Origin: an uncultured Planctomycetales bacterium
GTDB lineage: Bacteria > Planctomycetota > Phycisphaerae > UBA1845 > PWPN01
Reading direction: 5' to 3'
Length of the DNA: 64,000 bases
Assembly: GCA_964586235.1 (NCBI GenBank)
Contig: CAZPIO010000014.1
Coordinates: 8,482-72,481 of the forward strand
Position 1 is the first letter of the stretch; the number at the start of each line of letters is the position of its first letter. Under the pieces are notes generated by a model, which saw nothing but the letters and a program-made list of their open reading frames with translations, was not told the DNA's origin and searched no databases. Made by a program: the position numbers and the translations under genes. Positions 18,118 to 27,652 of the stretch are shown here, one piece after another.

Positions 18118-19299
18118 CTACTTCTTCCCCAGCAGCTTCTCCAGCCGGTCGCAGCCTTCGCGGATCTGCTCCATGCTGGTGGCGAATGACAGGCGGACGT
18201 AGTCGTCCAGGCCGAAGGCGATGCCCGGCACGACCGCCACGTGGGCCTGCTCGAGCACCTTGGCGGCAAAGTCGAGCGAGCCCCTGACGCCCATCGCGGC
18301 GAACGCCCCCGACACGTTCGGGAACGCGTAAAAAGCCCCGGTGGGCTGGACGCAGGTCACGCCCTTGATGCCGTTGAGTCGCTGGTGCATGTATTCGGCC
18401 CGGCGCTCGAACTCCTTGCGCATCTTCTCGACCTCAGACTGGTCGCCGCTCAAGGCCTCCACCAGAGCGTGATGGCAGAAGGTGGCGGTGCCGCTGGTGG
18501 TCTGGCTCTGGAGCTTGGCCATGGCCTTGATGATCGGTTCCGGCCCGGCCACGTAGCCGACCCGCCAGCCGGTCATCGAGTAGGTCTTCGACCCGGCGTT
18601 GAAGGTCAGCGTCCTGGCGTAGTTCTCCGGGCTGCACGCGGCGAAACTCAGGAACCGCTGGTTGCCGTAGATCAGCCGGTCGTACATCTCGTCGCTGAAA
18701 ACGATGATATCCTTGTCGGCCACCAGCTTTGCGATCGCCCGCACTTCGTCGGGGGTATAGGTGAACCCACCCGGGTTGCTCGGCGAGTTGAAGATCAGCA
18801 ACCGCGTCCTGGGGGTAATGGCCTTGGCAATCTGGTCGGGCGTGACCTTGAAGTTGTTTGACTCACTCCCCTCAATGATCACCGGCCTGGCCCCGCAGAG
18901 CTTGATCTGTTCGGGATAGCTGACCCAGTACGGGGCCGGGAGAATGGCCTCATCGTCGGGGTCAAGCACGCTCATGCTCGCCAGGTACAGGGCTTCCTTG
19001 CCACCGACGGTGATCATCACCTGCGACGGCTTGTACTGCAAACCGTTTTCGCGCTTGAACTTGGAGCACACCGCCTCCTTGGCGGCCGGGATGCCGGAGG
19101 AGGGGCTGGCGTACTTGGTCTGGCCGGCGTCGAGAGCCGCCTTGCAGGCGTTGCGAACGTTCACCGGCGTCGGAAAGTCCGGCTCGCCGGCCCCGAAACC
19201 CACGACGTTGATCCCCTGCTTCTTCATGGCCGTGGCTTTTGCGCTCACTGCCAGAGTCGCCGACTCCTCAAGCTGTTGGACGCGCTGCGAGATCTTCAT
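18118..19299 (-). CDS. Class I pyridoxal-phosphate aminotransferase (aspartate aminotransferase-like)
   Basis: 393 aa. VVGFGAGEPDFPTP, YASPSSGIPAAKEAV, PYWVSYPE, NSPSNPGG, SDEMYDRLIY, FNAGSKTYSMTGWRVGY (PLP lysine context). Confidence 0.85.
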   Translation of the reverse strand: MKISQRVQQLEESATLAVSAKATAMKKQGINVVGFGAGEPDFPTPVNVRNACKAALDAGQTKYASPSSGIPAAKEAVCSKFKRENGLQYKPSQVMITVGGKEALYLASMSVLDPDDEAILPAPYWVSYPEQIKLCGARPVIIEGSESNNFKVTPDQIAKAITPRTRLLIFNSPSNPGGFTYTPDEVRAIAKLVADKDIIVFSDEMYDRLIYGNQRFLSFAACSPENYARTLTFNAGSKTYSMTGWRVGYVAGPEPIIKAMAKLQSQTTSGTATFCHHALVEALSGDQSEVEKMRKEFERRAEYMHQRLNGIKGVTCVQPTGAFYAFPNVSGAFAAMGVRGSLDFAAKVLEQAHVAVVPGIAFGLDDYVRLSFATSMEQIREGCDRLEKLLGKK

Positions 19300-19670
19300 A
19301 CACCGTGCTCCTGCTGCTCTGTTCCAGCGTAGCTGAAGCCCCTGGACACCGGGGCCCCCTTACCGGGGGGCAGATTGTAGAGATGACGGGCGGCTTACAC
19401 AAGCCGACCCCGGAGGCCCGCCACCGATAATTCGCATGAGCAGGCCTGATAGTCCTGCGAGCCGGTACAAGCAGCAGGGCCACGTGCGGGCCCTGCACAC
19501 ATGGCCACACCTGGGCTGTGGCAGACCCTGAAATCACAGGGCCGCAGCACCTGTTACGGCGTCACGGTGTATCCGGCCTCTGCGGCCGCCATCCGCAGCA
19601 TCGTCGTCCGACTGATCACAGACCACGCTCATGAGCGCGGGGGCCATCGCCTCGTCGCCGCCCAACGCAC

Positions 19671-21464
19671 TCACGGGCAATGATCGATCAGATACTGGGC
19701 GTCCGCAATCATGATCGCGGCCGCCGTTGCGTCGATGCCTTTGCCGGTCTGAGCGGTCACCGCATTGATGAACGCGTTGTAGATGTTTGCCGACGTCTTG
19801 CAGTCGCCCTTGGCGAAAGCCTTGCCGGCCGCATTCAGATTGGCGAGCAACGAGTTGGCCAACCCGGCGTTCTTGATTTTGCCGTCGTAGAGGAACTGGT
19901 TCACATCCTGCTTGACACTGTCCGCAGTGACCACCAGGGTGAAGGTGACCGAGGACGACGAAGCGTTTCCGGCCTTATCCGTCGCGTTGATTGTGAAGGT
20001 GTGCGGTCCAAGGGCCAGCTCCGTCAACAGATCGATCACCTGACCGCTTTCCAGACCGTGGCCCGCAAGGGTGGTCGAACCATCCAGCAGGACGGTGTAG
20101 GAGTCTAAGCCCGAGCCGCCCTCATCGGTCACCGAGTACTCGACCGTCAGAGTGCCCGAGTGCGGATAATCGCTCGCCGTGGGCTGAACGATGGTAATGG
20201 CCGGGGGCGTGTCATCCATTCGGACCTCGACCGTGCGTGTGACCTGCTCTGCAGGGTTGCCGCATGTGTCCACCGCATCATAGGTGACGACGTACGTTCC
20301 GGGGGCCTCCACATCAACGACATCCCCGCCGACGGTCGCCTCGGTCAGCGCCGTGTCGCACTGATCGCTCACCGAAGCCCCCAGCTCGGTGTAGGTGCCC
20401 GTGTGCCACTCCACGGTCACCGTCGCCTCGCCGTTCAACGTAATCACCGGCGGGATCGTGTCCATGACCTCGATCTCGGCCGACACCGTGGCCGAGTGGT
20501 CGCAGACATCCTTCGCCGTCCAGGTCACCGTTACCGGGCCGCTGCAGGCCTCCGGAAGCTCTTCGAGATCGTACGTCACCGTAGCGGTCCCGCAGCCATC
20601 CGTCGCCGTTATGGCATCCAGCCAGACGTCGGCCTGGGTCTCGTTGTCCGGGTTCCCGCACTCCAGGTTCAGATTCTCGGGAGTGACGTCGAAGACAGGA
20701 GCCAATGTGTCGGCGACCGTCACGTCCGCCTCGCAGGTCGAGAGCACCGTCGTGCCGTCGCTGACGGTCAGGGTCACTGTGCACGCAATCGAACAGCCGT
20801 CTGAGGCCGCGACGGTGAGCTTGGGCGTCAGGCTGGAAGCATCATCGAAAACAGCTCCGGGACAGTCGCTGGTCCACAGGTATGTGAGAGTAGCCCCCGC
20901 CGGTGGATTCGCGACCGACCCGTTGAGTTGGATCGTCGCGCTGCCGGCCTGGCACTCGGCGGTGTATGGGCCGCCGGCGTTGCAGGTGACCGGCTCCTGG
21001 CTCACCCCGAAGTAGTAGACGGGAATGGAGGCTTCCGCGGGAGTCTGGTCCGCCCTCTGGGCGGTCACGTGCGTCATGCTCGCATGCTGTCCCGCAGTGG
21101 CCGTGCTCTTGATCTGGCAGGTCATAAAGGAGCCCGCATTCACATAGGTGAACGGGCACGACGCAGCGCCCAGCTCACTGTCGGTGACCACGACGTCGGT
21201 AATGCGCGCCGTATCAAGATTGTGAATTATGAGGCTCAGGGTAATAGGTTTTCCCACGTCAATATCGGGGCCGGGCGGGGTATCCGCATCGCGTCCGTTG
21301 ATCCACGCCTGCAGCTCGATGATAGACGAATCGGCTGCCCCTTCGATGAATCCGAGGACTGTTCGCTCTGCTGCGTTGTCCGAGGGCGTGCATGAAAGAA
21401 TCGAACAGATCACGGCCACGGCCGCGAGGACCAGACGTTTGTGGCTCAGAACTGCACCGGTCAT
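19671..21464 (-). CDS. Secreted/lipoprotein with tandem Ig-like (HYR/DUF5011-like) domains and a C-terminal helical domain
   Basis: Signal peptide MTGAVLSHKRLVLAAVAVICSILSC. Repeated modules show the pattern DT.PP(V/A)IT...C..., with paired Cys. The C-terminus KNAGLANSLLANLNAAGKAFAKGDCKTSANIYNAFINAVTAQTGKGIDATAAAIMIADAQYLI resembles a FIMAH-type helical domain (from memory, unverified). Confidence 0.6.
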   Translation of the reverse strand: MTGAVLSHKRLVLAAVAVICSILSCTPSDNAAERTVLGFIEGAADSSIIELQAWINGRDADTPPGPDIDVGKPITLSLIIHNLDTARITDVVVTDSELGAASCPFTYVNAGSFMTCQIKSTATAGQHASMTHVTAQRADQTPAEASIPVYYFGVSQEPVTCNAGGPYTAECQAGSATIQLNGSVANPPAGATLTYLWTSDCPGAVFDDASSLTPKLTVAASDGCSIACTVTLTVSDGTTVLSTCEADVTVADTLAPVFDVTPENLNLECGNPDNETQADVWLDAITATDGCGTATVTYDLEELPEACSGPVTVTWTAKDVCDHSATVSAEIEVMDTIPPVITLNGEATVTVEWHTGTYTELGASVSDQCDTALTEATVGGDVVDVEAPGTYVVTYDAVDTCGNPAEQVTRTVEVRMDDTPPAITIVQPTASDYPHSGTLTVEYSVTDEGGSGLDSYTVLLDGSTTLAGHGLESGQVIDLLTELALGPHTFTINATDKAGNASSSSVTFTLVVTADSVKQDVNQFLYDGKIKNAGLANSLLANLNAAGKAFAKGDCKTSANIYNAFINAVTAQTGKGIDATAAAIMIADAQYLIDHCP

Positions 21465-21765
21465 GACTTGCTCCTTTCAGGTAGGCCGTCGCGATGCGAC
21501 GATGTGAGGATTGAATCGCGCTAAAAGGCGGCAGGAAGCCTTCTACCGTTGCCCCTTCCGGCCAGTCGGTTTCGGCGACGCCTCTTTCCAGGGTACACCG
21601 GCCCACAGCATACCCGCTAGGACTTTTTCGGGTCAAGTCTTTTTTCGAGATTTGCTCCGCGGGGCGCTCATCAAGCACGATACCGCCAAGCGCAATTCGT
21701 TTCGCGATGTGAACCAGCGAGATGCGAGGTGAGCGCGAGGATTGGATGCTCGTTCTGCCGGGCAC

Positions 21766-21848
21766 TGGGCCGGGCGGGAATCGAACCCGCACGTCCTTTC
21801 GGACAGGGGATTTTAAGTCCCCAGCGTCTGCCATTCCGCCACCGACCC
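21766..21848 (-). tRNA. tRNA-Leu (anticodon UAA)
   Basis: The reverse complement folds by eye. Acceptor stem GGGTCGG/CCGGCCC has one G-U pair. D-arm GCGG..AATGGCAG. Anticodon stem-loop GGGGA-CTTAAAA-TCCCC. Long variable arm TGTCCGAAAGGACGT. T-arm GCGGG-TTCGATT-CCCGC. Discriminator A. CCA is not encoded. Confidence 0.9.
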
Positions 21849-22136
21849 GCGTCTTTATTTGACAAGGACTTACAGACATCACGCCCGTGTGTCAAGCCAG
21901 CCTGGGCGCGGATTCGCACGCGGGCCTCTCTCATCCGATTTCCTCCCGATCAATGCCGCCGTGTTCCGATCGCCAGGAACAGGACCACTCGCCTCGGCAT
22001 CGGCAACGCTTTCCGCCCGGAAAAACGTCCTTTCCGGCTCCCGGCTTCGACTGTCAGTTTGCCCGGACACGTTTTCAGTGATAGAGTAATAATAGAGTGG
22101 ATTTACACCGACGACCTCGCCATTGACGGGTGCAGC

Positions 22137-23540
22137 ATGCCACACCGGTATCCCCCCGCATCAAAGAGCGATCGGTTCCGCCGCGCACGTGGCACTGCGA
22201 GTCGCTCCCTCGGGCTGCGTTCAACCCTGGTCGGGGCGTTTATGACGCTCACCGTCTCCCCTGCCGGATCAGCAGGCCAGGCCCATCAACCTGGCGCCCA
22301 GGACGCGGTGGTGGCCGAGGCCCGCATCATCATGATGCTCCGCACCTTCAAGTCGCTGGACGACCCGCTCGCCCTCTCGGCTCTGCGCGCGGGCACCGAC
22401 GCCGGCGAGCCGGACCCCAGACGGCTTCCGGCCGACCTCAGGGGTACCCCCCGACTCTTCCAGCTCGCTCAGGGTGGCCAGAAATGTCTGCTCTTGCATG
22501 ACAACGCTCGATTGCCCGGCCTGTATGCCGACACCAACGGCAACGAGAGCTTCTCGGATGAGATCCGCGTGTCGGGCACTCGACGCTTCTCAAAGCCGCC
22601 GCAGGTGAACATGCCCCCCCTCGACCGCTTCGGACCGGTCGCTCTGTGTCGCTACGCGGGCGGTCCCACCGTTTTCGTAACCGTGCAGGGCATGACGCTC
22701 AAAGCCTGGCCGGCCTCCTACCTCCAGGGCAGAGGCATGGTCGGCGGGAAAAGCCGCCTCTTCGCCCTGTTGGACCGCAATCTCAACGGACTCTATGACG
22801 ACGTCTGCCCCATACCAGCCGCGGCCGCGGATCTGGCCGACGCCGACGGCCTGTTCATCGACCGCAACGGCAACGGGCGGTTCGAGCGGGTGGCCGCCGG
22901 CTTCTGGGAGGTTCAACCACTCACCCCGGCCGTGATGCTGGACAATATCCGATTCGAAGTGTCGGTCGCGCCTGATGGATCGGCGATCGAATTACGGCCC
23001 GTCGATTCGAGTCTCGGTCTTCTTCGCGTGGCTCGCGACATGAACCTTCTCCTGCTGAGCGACTGCGGATTCAACCAGCTCAGCCGGAATGACGAGTGGA
23101 TACTCCCGAGCGGGAAGTACTACGGCCAGAGTGTGTCGATCATCAGCCAGCGCGACCGCGAGGTCTTCAGGTACCAGGCCGGCAACGCTCTCGGCAGGCT
23201 GACCCAGTTCGAGATCGAGCCTCACCACACGCTCAACGTGCCGGCCGGAGCAGGCCTGCGGTTTCAGGGTACGGTCGCCGGGAACGGCGATACTGAAGTC
23301 CGCCTGGTAAAGGATTCTCCCCTGCGGCCGGGGGCCGTGCTCGAGGATGATGCCAGTATCATCTATACCGCGATCAAGATCAAGGAGCGAAGAGCCGTGG
23401 TGCCGCGGATCGTGCCACGACCGATTCTGACGGTCGCTCTGCCGATGCCGGTGCCGATGGTATATGCGCCGGGCAGGGTCTTTGCCATGCCCATGGTCCG
23501 GTCGATGGCGGCCCCCGGCTGCAGAACGAGCTATGGCTGA
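22137..23540 (+). CDS. Hypothetical protein (467 aa) with DxNxNG-type acidic loops and a Pro/Met-rich C-terminus
   Basis: The ORF 21729..23540 overlaps the tRNA, so it is trimmed to the first ATG after it (MPHRYPP, 22137). That start lies just downstream of the AT-rich gtgatagagtaataatagagtgg. Motifs: LDRNLNGLYDD, DADGLFIDRNGNGRFE; tail PRIVPRPILTVALPMPVPMVYAPGRVFAMPMV. The start is uncertain. Confidence 0.45.
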   Translation: MPHRYPPASKSDRFRRARGTASRSLGLRSTLVGAFMTLTVSPAGSAGQAHQPGAQDAVVAEARIIMMLRTFKSLDDPLALSALRAGTDAGEPDPRRLPADLRGTPRLFQLAQGGQKCLLLHDNARLPGLYADTNGNESFSDEIRVSGTRRFSKPPQVNMPPLDRFGPVALCRYAGGPTVFVTVQGMTLKAWPASYLQGRGMVGGKSRLFALLDRNLNGLYDDVCPIPAAAADLADADGLFIDRNGNGRFERVAAGFWEVQPLTPAVMLDNIRFEVSVAPDGSAIELRPVDSSLGLLRVARDMNLLLLSDCGFNQLSRNDEWILPSGKYYGQSVSIISQRDREVFRYQAGNALGRLTQFEIEPHHTLNVPAGAGLRFQGTVAGNGDTEVRLVKDSPLRPGAVLEDDASIIYTAIKIKERRAVVPRIVPRPILTVALPMPVPMVYAPGRVFAMPMVRSMAAPGCRTSYG

Positions 23541-23577
23541 CGTCGCTGATCACCGGCGCTCGTGGCGAGCGCCAGAG

Positions 23578-24738
23578 TCAGACGCCCTTGTACACCAGCA
23601 CCGGCCGTAGTCGCCGGACAACACGCACAAGATCCCGCTGCGTTCGGAGAACGGCCTCGATATCCTTGTACGCTGACGGTGCTTCTTCTCGGAAACCCGC
23701 CGCGGCTCGCTCATCGAACCAGACGCCCTCCAGTTCCCGCGAGAGCCGCCTGCTCGAAATCTGCCTGCGAGCCTCATGACGGCTGAGCCGGCGACCGGCA
23801 CCGTGCGAACTCGACCGGAGTGCTTCCGGACCGCCTCGCCCGACAGCATGAACACTCCACGTGCCCATCGAACCGGGGATGATCCCGGGCTGCCCCTCCG
23901 CAGCCTCGTTGGCGCCTTTGCGATGGACCCACAGGACTTGTCCGCCGTGGTCCTCGCGTTGCACATGATTGTGGTCGCAGGTGATCAGCGAATCCCAGTC
24001 GGCGGCGACCCCAAGCAGCCGGCTCAGCAACTCGGTCGTGGCCTGAATGATCCACCGACGACTGCGATCGCCGTACCGCCGTGCCCAGGTCACATCGGAC
24101 AGATACTCCCGTCCCGTCTGCTCCTCCGAGTCGAGGCAAAACAACCCACCGCCCGATTTCGTCGCGTTGCGTGCGTGCCACTCCGTGATGTATTGGCCCA
24201 TCACGCGCGATCCACTATGGACCATCAGCCAGAGCCGCCCTTCATCATCGGCCTGGAACTCAAGGAAGTGGTTTCCTCGCCCCAACGTTCCGAATTCCAC
24301 TCGCCCCTCGCGTTCGGCCCTGGCGTCGAGTACCGGATGACTCAGCGGGCTCTCGTTGAGCGATTCCGGCATACTCGGCGAGGCAGCAAGGCTGGAATGC
24401 CGCATGAGCGGCACGGCGCCTCTCAATTCACCAAGAATCGACCGAGCGACCGTCTCCGCTCCGACCACCGCCGCCTCGGCATGAAACGCAACTGCCGCCA
24501 TGCCGCAGCCGATGTCTGCGCCGACCGCTTGCGGATACACCAGTCGGTTCGTCGCCAGGACGTTGCCGACGCACACCCCGCCGGCCAGGTGCACGTCCGG
24601 CATGACCGCGATTCGGCATACGTCCGGAGCCCGTGCCAGGCGCTCGATCGCCCGCCTGACTTCGGGGGAAAGTGGCTCGATGAGCCAGGTGCGAACGGCA
24701 GCAGTCGTTTTCTGTCTCGTGCAGCGGTTTTCGCTCAT
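23578..24738 (-). CDS. rtcB: RtcB-family RNA 3'-phosphate ligase
   Basis: The ORF 23578..25182 is trimmed to MSENRC (ATG 24738). Motifs: MPDVHLAGGVCVGNV, GADIGCGM, GRGNHFLEF, HSGSR, CDHNH, IIPGSMG, SSSHGAGR. Confidence 0.9.
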   Translation of the reverse strand: MSENRCTRQKTTAAVRTWLIEPLSPEVRRAIERLARAPDVCRIAVMPDVHLAGGVCVGNVLATNRLVYPQAVGADIGCGMAAVAFHAEAAVVGAETVARSILGELRGAVPLMRHSSLAASPSMPESLNESPLSHPVLDARAEREGRVEFGTLGRGNHFLEFQADDEGRLWLMVHSGSRVMGQYITEWHARNATKSGGGLFCLDSEEQTGREYLSDVTWARRYGDRSRRWIIQATTELLSRLLGVAADWDSLITCDHNHVQREDHGGQVLWVHRKGANEAAEGQPGIIPGSMGTWSVHAVGRGGPEALRSSSHGAGRRLSRHEARRQISSRRLSRELEGVWFDERAAAGFREEAPSAYKDIEAVLRTQRDLVRVVRRLRPVLVYKGV

Positions 24739-25169
24739 GGCGACACCTCCCCCCGCTGCATCACCTGAAATGACAGCTCGGGAGCACGTTTGCGGCTGAT
24801 TGCCCGGGTCACAAGCACGCGAAGCATACCCCGCGCCCTTTCGAGATGTTCCAATACCGTGGCCAACTCCATCTTTCCGTGAGTAGGCGTCATCTCGAAA
24901 ACGACTGCCAGATTTGTGGCATCGGGTGCGGGCCGTACCGAGATCACATGCAAGTCCTGCAACACCGGGTCTGAAAGATCTCCCTGGAAAGCCAGCTCGA
25001 TCGCGTGAAACACCTGCTTGGCCAGTTGAAGATCCTTCCGGTGCACCCTGGCGCCTCTGCCTTGCTGACCGCCTCGCCTCGAGAACAACTCCCGCGGATC
25101 GACACAATCGTCGGCGTGGACCTCGGCGCATAGAGCGCGGAGGTCTCTTCGACTTCGTTTCCTTTTCAT
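24735..25169 (-). CDS. rbfA: Ribosome-binding factor A-like protein with an extended basic N-terminus
   Basis: 144 aa. RKDLQLAKQVFHAIELAFQGDLSDPVLQDLHVISVRPAPDATNLAVVFE...GMLRVLVTRAISRKRAPELSFQV follows the RbfA pattern (R..rv...i...l...i.DPrl....vt.v.vs.Dl..A.V....R..PEL.F). Its stop overlaps the rtcB start (ATGA). Confidence 0.55.
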   Translation of the reverse strand: MKRKRSRRDLRALCAEVHADDCVDPRELFSRRGGQQGRGARVHRKDLQLAKQVFHAIELAFQGDLSDPVLQDLHVISVRPAPDATNLAVVFEMTPTHGKMELATVLEHLERARGMLRVLVTRAISRKRAPELSFQVMQRGEVSP

Positions 25170-25402
25170 CTATCGCTCCCAACGCATGCGCAGCACAAAG
25201 CTGCCTGCTGGATTAGAGGTACCAATTCACAACAGGGTTTGAAACAGGGACCCGGCCAGGCCCGGCCGGCGTGTGCATGGGAGCGGGAAGTCGCTCAGCG
25301 CAGACCGGCAGAGACGGCGGGGCGTGACTCAGATGTGTTGATCGTGACAGCCATAGAAGGCCTCCTCTCGGGGCACTACCCTCTCTTGCCCCATTCTGGA
25401 GG

Positions 25403-26065
25403 ATGAATTATACAACAGGTTGTGCGAGATGGCAAATCGCTGCGAAGTCTCGTCTGCCATCTTACAGCATCTGCGGATCCCAGGCCCCGGTCGAGGCACG
25501 TGTTCTGATGGATCTGAATTGCTCGACGCCGTCGCAACCCCCGCGAGATGAGAACCCGCCAGGCAAGTCCACCCGAACGCCTTTCGGCGATTTGCCCGCC
25601 GAACCCATCACACAGTGGTATCGCCCGTCGTGGCGGGACGGGCTGCGCTACGTGGGTTATCGGTGGATCTTCCTGACCCCGGCGGTTGCGCTGGTCGTTC
25701 TGGCCGTGGCTATCGTCTGGCATCCGAGTCTCGCCACTTGGATCCTGCGCTTCGGTTACAAGCTCATCACCGTGGTGGCGGGCGTCGCCGCGTGGCTCTT
25801 CGGTCACGTGATCCGGCAGGCGGCACAGGCCCGCAAGGAGCCGTTTTGTATCTTCTGCGGGTACAACCTGACCGGTCTGCCGGACAACCATCGCTGCCCC
25901 GAATGCGGCCGGCCATACACCTGGGCCATGATCGACGAATACCGCCGCGATCCGCAGTGGTTCATTGAACGATGGAAAGCGCGGCGGCAACTGCCCGGTC
26001 CACCTGAGCCCTTCGCCGCCGGGCCGGTGCGCCGGAAGAAGCGCGCGAGGGATGGCACCGAGTGA
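25403..26065 (+). CDS. Membrane protein with a CxxC...CPECG zinc-ribbon (family copy 2, no poly-Cys tract)
   Basis: Two to three hydrophobic segments, then FCIFCGYNLTGLPDNHRCPECGRPY. An alternative start is at 25508 (MDLNCS). Confidence 0.55.
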   Translation: MNYTTGCARWQIAAKSRLPSYSICGSQAPVEARVLMDLNCSTPSQPPRDENPPGKSTRTPFGDLPAEPITQWYRPSWRDGLRYVGYRWIFLTPAVALVVLAVAIVWHPSLATWILRFGYKLITVVAGVAAWLFGHVIRQAAQARKEPFCIFCGYNLTGLPDNHRCPECGRPYTWAMIDEYRRDPQWFIERWKARRQLPGPPEPFAAGPVRRKKRARDGTE

Positions 26066-26089
26066 GCCGCCTGGTTGACGCGATCCCGA

Positions 26090-26428
26090 TCAGGCCTGCT
26101 CAGGTTCGATCGTCACGGCCGTTCCATAGCAGAGCACCTCGGTCGCACTGACTTTGCTCGCAACCTCCGAGGCGTCGTATCGCAACCCGACGATTGCATT
26201 GGCCCCGAGTGCCACAGCGTGGTCGATCAACAGGTCATAGGCCTGCGTGCGGGCCTGCTCGCACATCTGGGTGTAGGCTCCAATCTGGCCGCCGATGATC
26301 GACTTGAGACCACCCAGGAAGCCCTGTGAGATCGTCGGGGCCCGCACGATAATCCCCCGAACGACACCCAGATAGCGAGTGATCCGATACCCTTCGATGG
26401 TGAAAGTGGTGGTCACGGGAATCGACAT
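26090..26428 (-). CDS. YbjQ/UPF0145-family (putative heavy-metal-binding domain) protein
   Basis: The ORF is trimmed to MSIPVTTTFTIEGYRITRYLGVVRGIIVRAPTI...GGQIGAYT...R..A...L...A..LGANAIVGLRYD, with GGAGG 7 nt upstream of ATG 26428. Confidence 0.75.
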   Translation of the reverse strand: MSIPVTTTFTIEGYRITRYLGVVRGIIVRAPTISQGFLGGLKSIIGGQIGAYTQMCEQARTQAYDLLIDHAVALGANAIVGLRYDASEVASKVSATEVLCYGTAVTIEPEQA

Positions 26429-26783
26429 GTTGATACCTCCCGATGGTTCGCGCCGAGACACGCCCAAATCCGTCGCCGCTGTTTTCTCACCCCGGCCGTG
26501 AGTTGTCAATCGCCGGAAGCGCCCGGCAGACCCGGCTCCGCCAAGACTACGCCGGGCAAGCAACCTGCGGTTGTCCGGGAATTCGGTGGGTGCCCCATGG
26601 CTTCAGCCGTGGACATCAACTCGGCCGCGAGTTCGCTCCCCCATCGCTGAAGCGATGAGCCACCCGGGCGTGCATTCCGCTCGGTGAATTTCCGGACGGT
26701 CTGAAGCAACCTGCAGTGGCACCCGCCTCAAGTGTCATGGGCACCCGGCGGGACGCCAGATGGCCCCATCTCGGCCGCGATGC

Positions 26784-27632
26784 CTATCCGTGGCGGCCCC
26801 GCCCCTGCCGCCGTCCGAGAAGCAGCACATACAGCGGCGGTTCCTCGCGAACGTCCAGCCCGAGACAACGGCACAGCTCGTCATCATCGAATCCACCGAG
26901 CGGAACGGCCGCCAAGCCCAGGTCCTCAGCCGCCAGCAGCAGGTTCTGGGCCATGTGTCCCGCATCGATCAGCACGAATCGGTAGCCCCGCTCACCGTAC
27001 TTGATCTGCGTGCGCGCGAGAACGCCCGTCAGGATCAGGGCGACGCTGGCGTTGCCCCAGAGGCCGTCGGCGTAGATCATCCGCTCCATGTCATCCTGAG
27101 CGGGGCATTCGCCGATCCGGGCCAGGCGATGGGCTTCGGCGTTGTATTGATACAGGGATTGAGCCAGCCCTCGAACTCGCATCGCCGCCACATAGAGTTC
27201 GACCGGGTAGAGCGCACCGGCCGACGGCCAGGTCCGCAGTTTCTGCCGGACTTCGGAGCATTCGGGGTGGCTGACCTCGCCCGTCACGCCGCAAGCAGTC
27301 TCCAGCAGTCCGCCGAGATCGCGAAGCCTCATCGGCTCATCGGCGAACTGCCCTCGACGAGTCCGGCGGCTCCGGAGTACGGAGGTCAGCGACCTGGCCC
27401 AGGGGCGCCACCGGCGCCGCGGCAGATCCACCAACGGCCGGGACGGGTAGTCCGTCTGAACGATCGGCGGCCTCTTGTCAGCCAGGAGGGATGCGTTGTA
27501 CTCCGCAATGCACTCCTGGAAAAGAGCCGCTCGATACTCGCCGAGCTTGCTCTCTTCATGGTACAGGCTGCTGAGCGGCCACGACGTGTGCGGTTGGAGG
27601 TCTTCGAACTCGCGGACCATGTGCTGTGACAT
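26784..27632 (-). CDS. SagB-type (nitroreductase-fold, FMN) azoline dehydrogenase
   Basis: The ORF 26784..28214 is trimmed to MSQHMVREFE (ATG 27632; AAGGAG RBS; 20 nt after the YcaO stop). Motifs: LRSRRTRRGQF, RTWPSAGALYPVELYV, YRFVLIDAGHMAQNLLLAAEDLGLAAVPLGGFDD. Confidence 0.85.
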   Translation of the reverse strand: MSQHMVREFEDLQPHTSWPLSSLYHEESKLGEYRAALFQECIAEYNASLLADKRPPIVQTDYPSRPLVDLPRRRWRPWARSLTSVLRSRRTRRGQFADEPMRLRDLGGLLETACGVTGEVSHPECSEVRQKLRTWPSAGALYPVELYVAAMRVRGLAQSLYQYNAEAHRLARIGECPAQDDMERMIYADGLWGNASVALILTGVLARTQIKYGERGYRFVLIDAGHMAQNLLLAAEDLGLAAVPLGGFDDDELCRCLGLDVREEPPLYVLLLGRRQGRGRHG

Positions 27633-27652
27633 CGCAAAACTGCTCCTTCTGC

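Noticed and set aside
21729-22136. Upstream part of ORF 21729-23540
   Set aside because: It overlaps the tRNA-Leu gene on the other strand (21766-21848) and reads as Arg/Pro-rich filler. The first plausible start after the tRNA was used instead.
21465-22136. Possible genomic island or integration at tRNA-Leu
   Set aside because: No integrase, excisionase, transposase or duplicated tRNA 3' segment is visible nearby. The flanking genes show the same high-GC character.
24739-25182. N-terminal 148-codon extension of the RtcB ORF
   Set aside because: It lies in a different frame over the same DNA as the RbfA-like gene. RtcB homology starts at MSENRC, and the ATGA coupling supports the shorter model.
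26701-26760. Terminator downstream of SagB (CCCGCC...GGCGGG)
   Set aside because: It has a 6-bp stem with a ~20-nt loop and no U-tract on the operon strand. That is not convincing as an intrinsic terminator.
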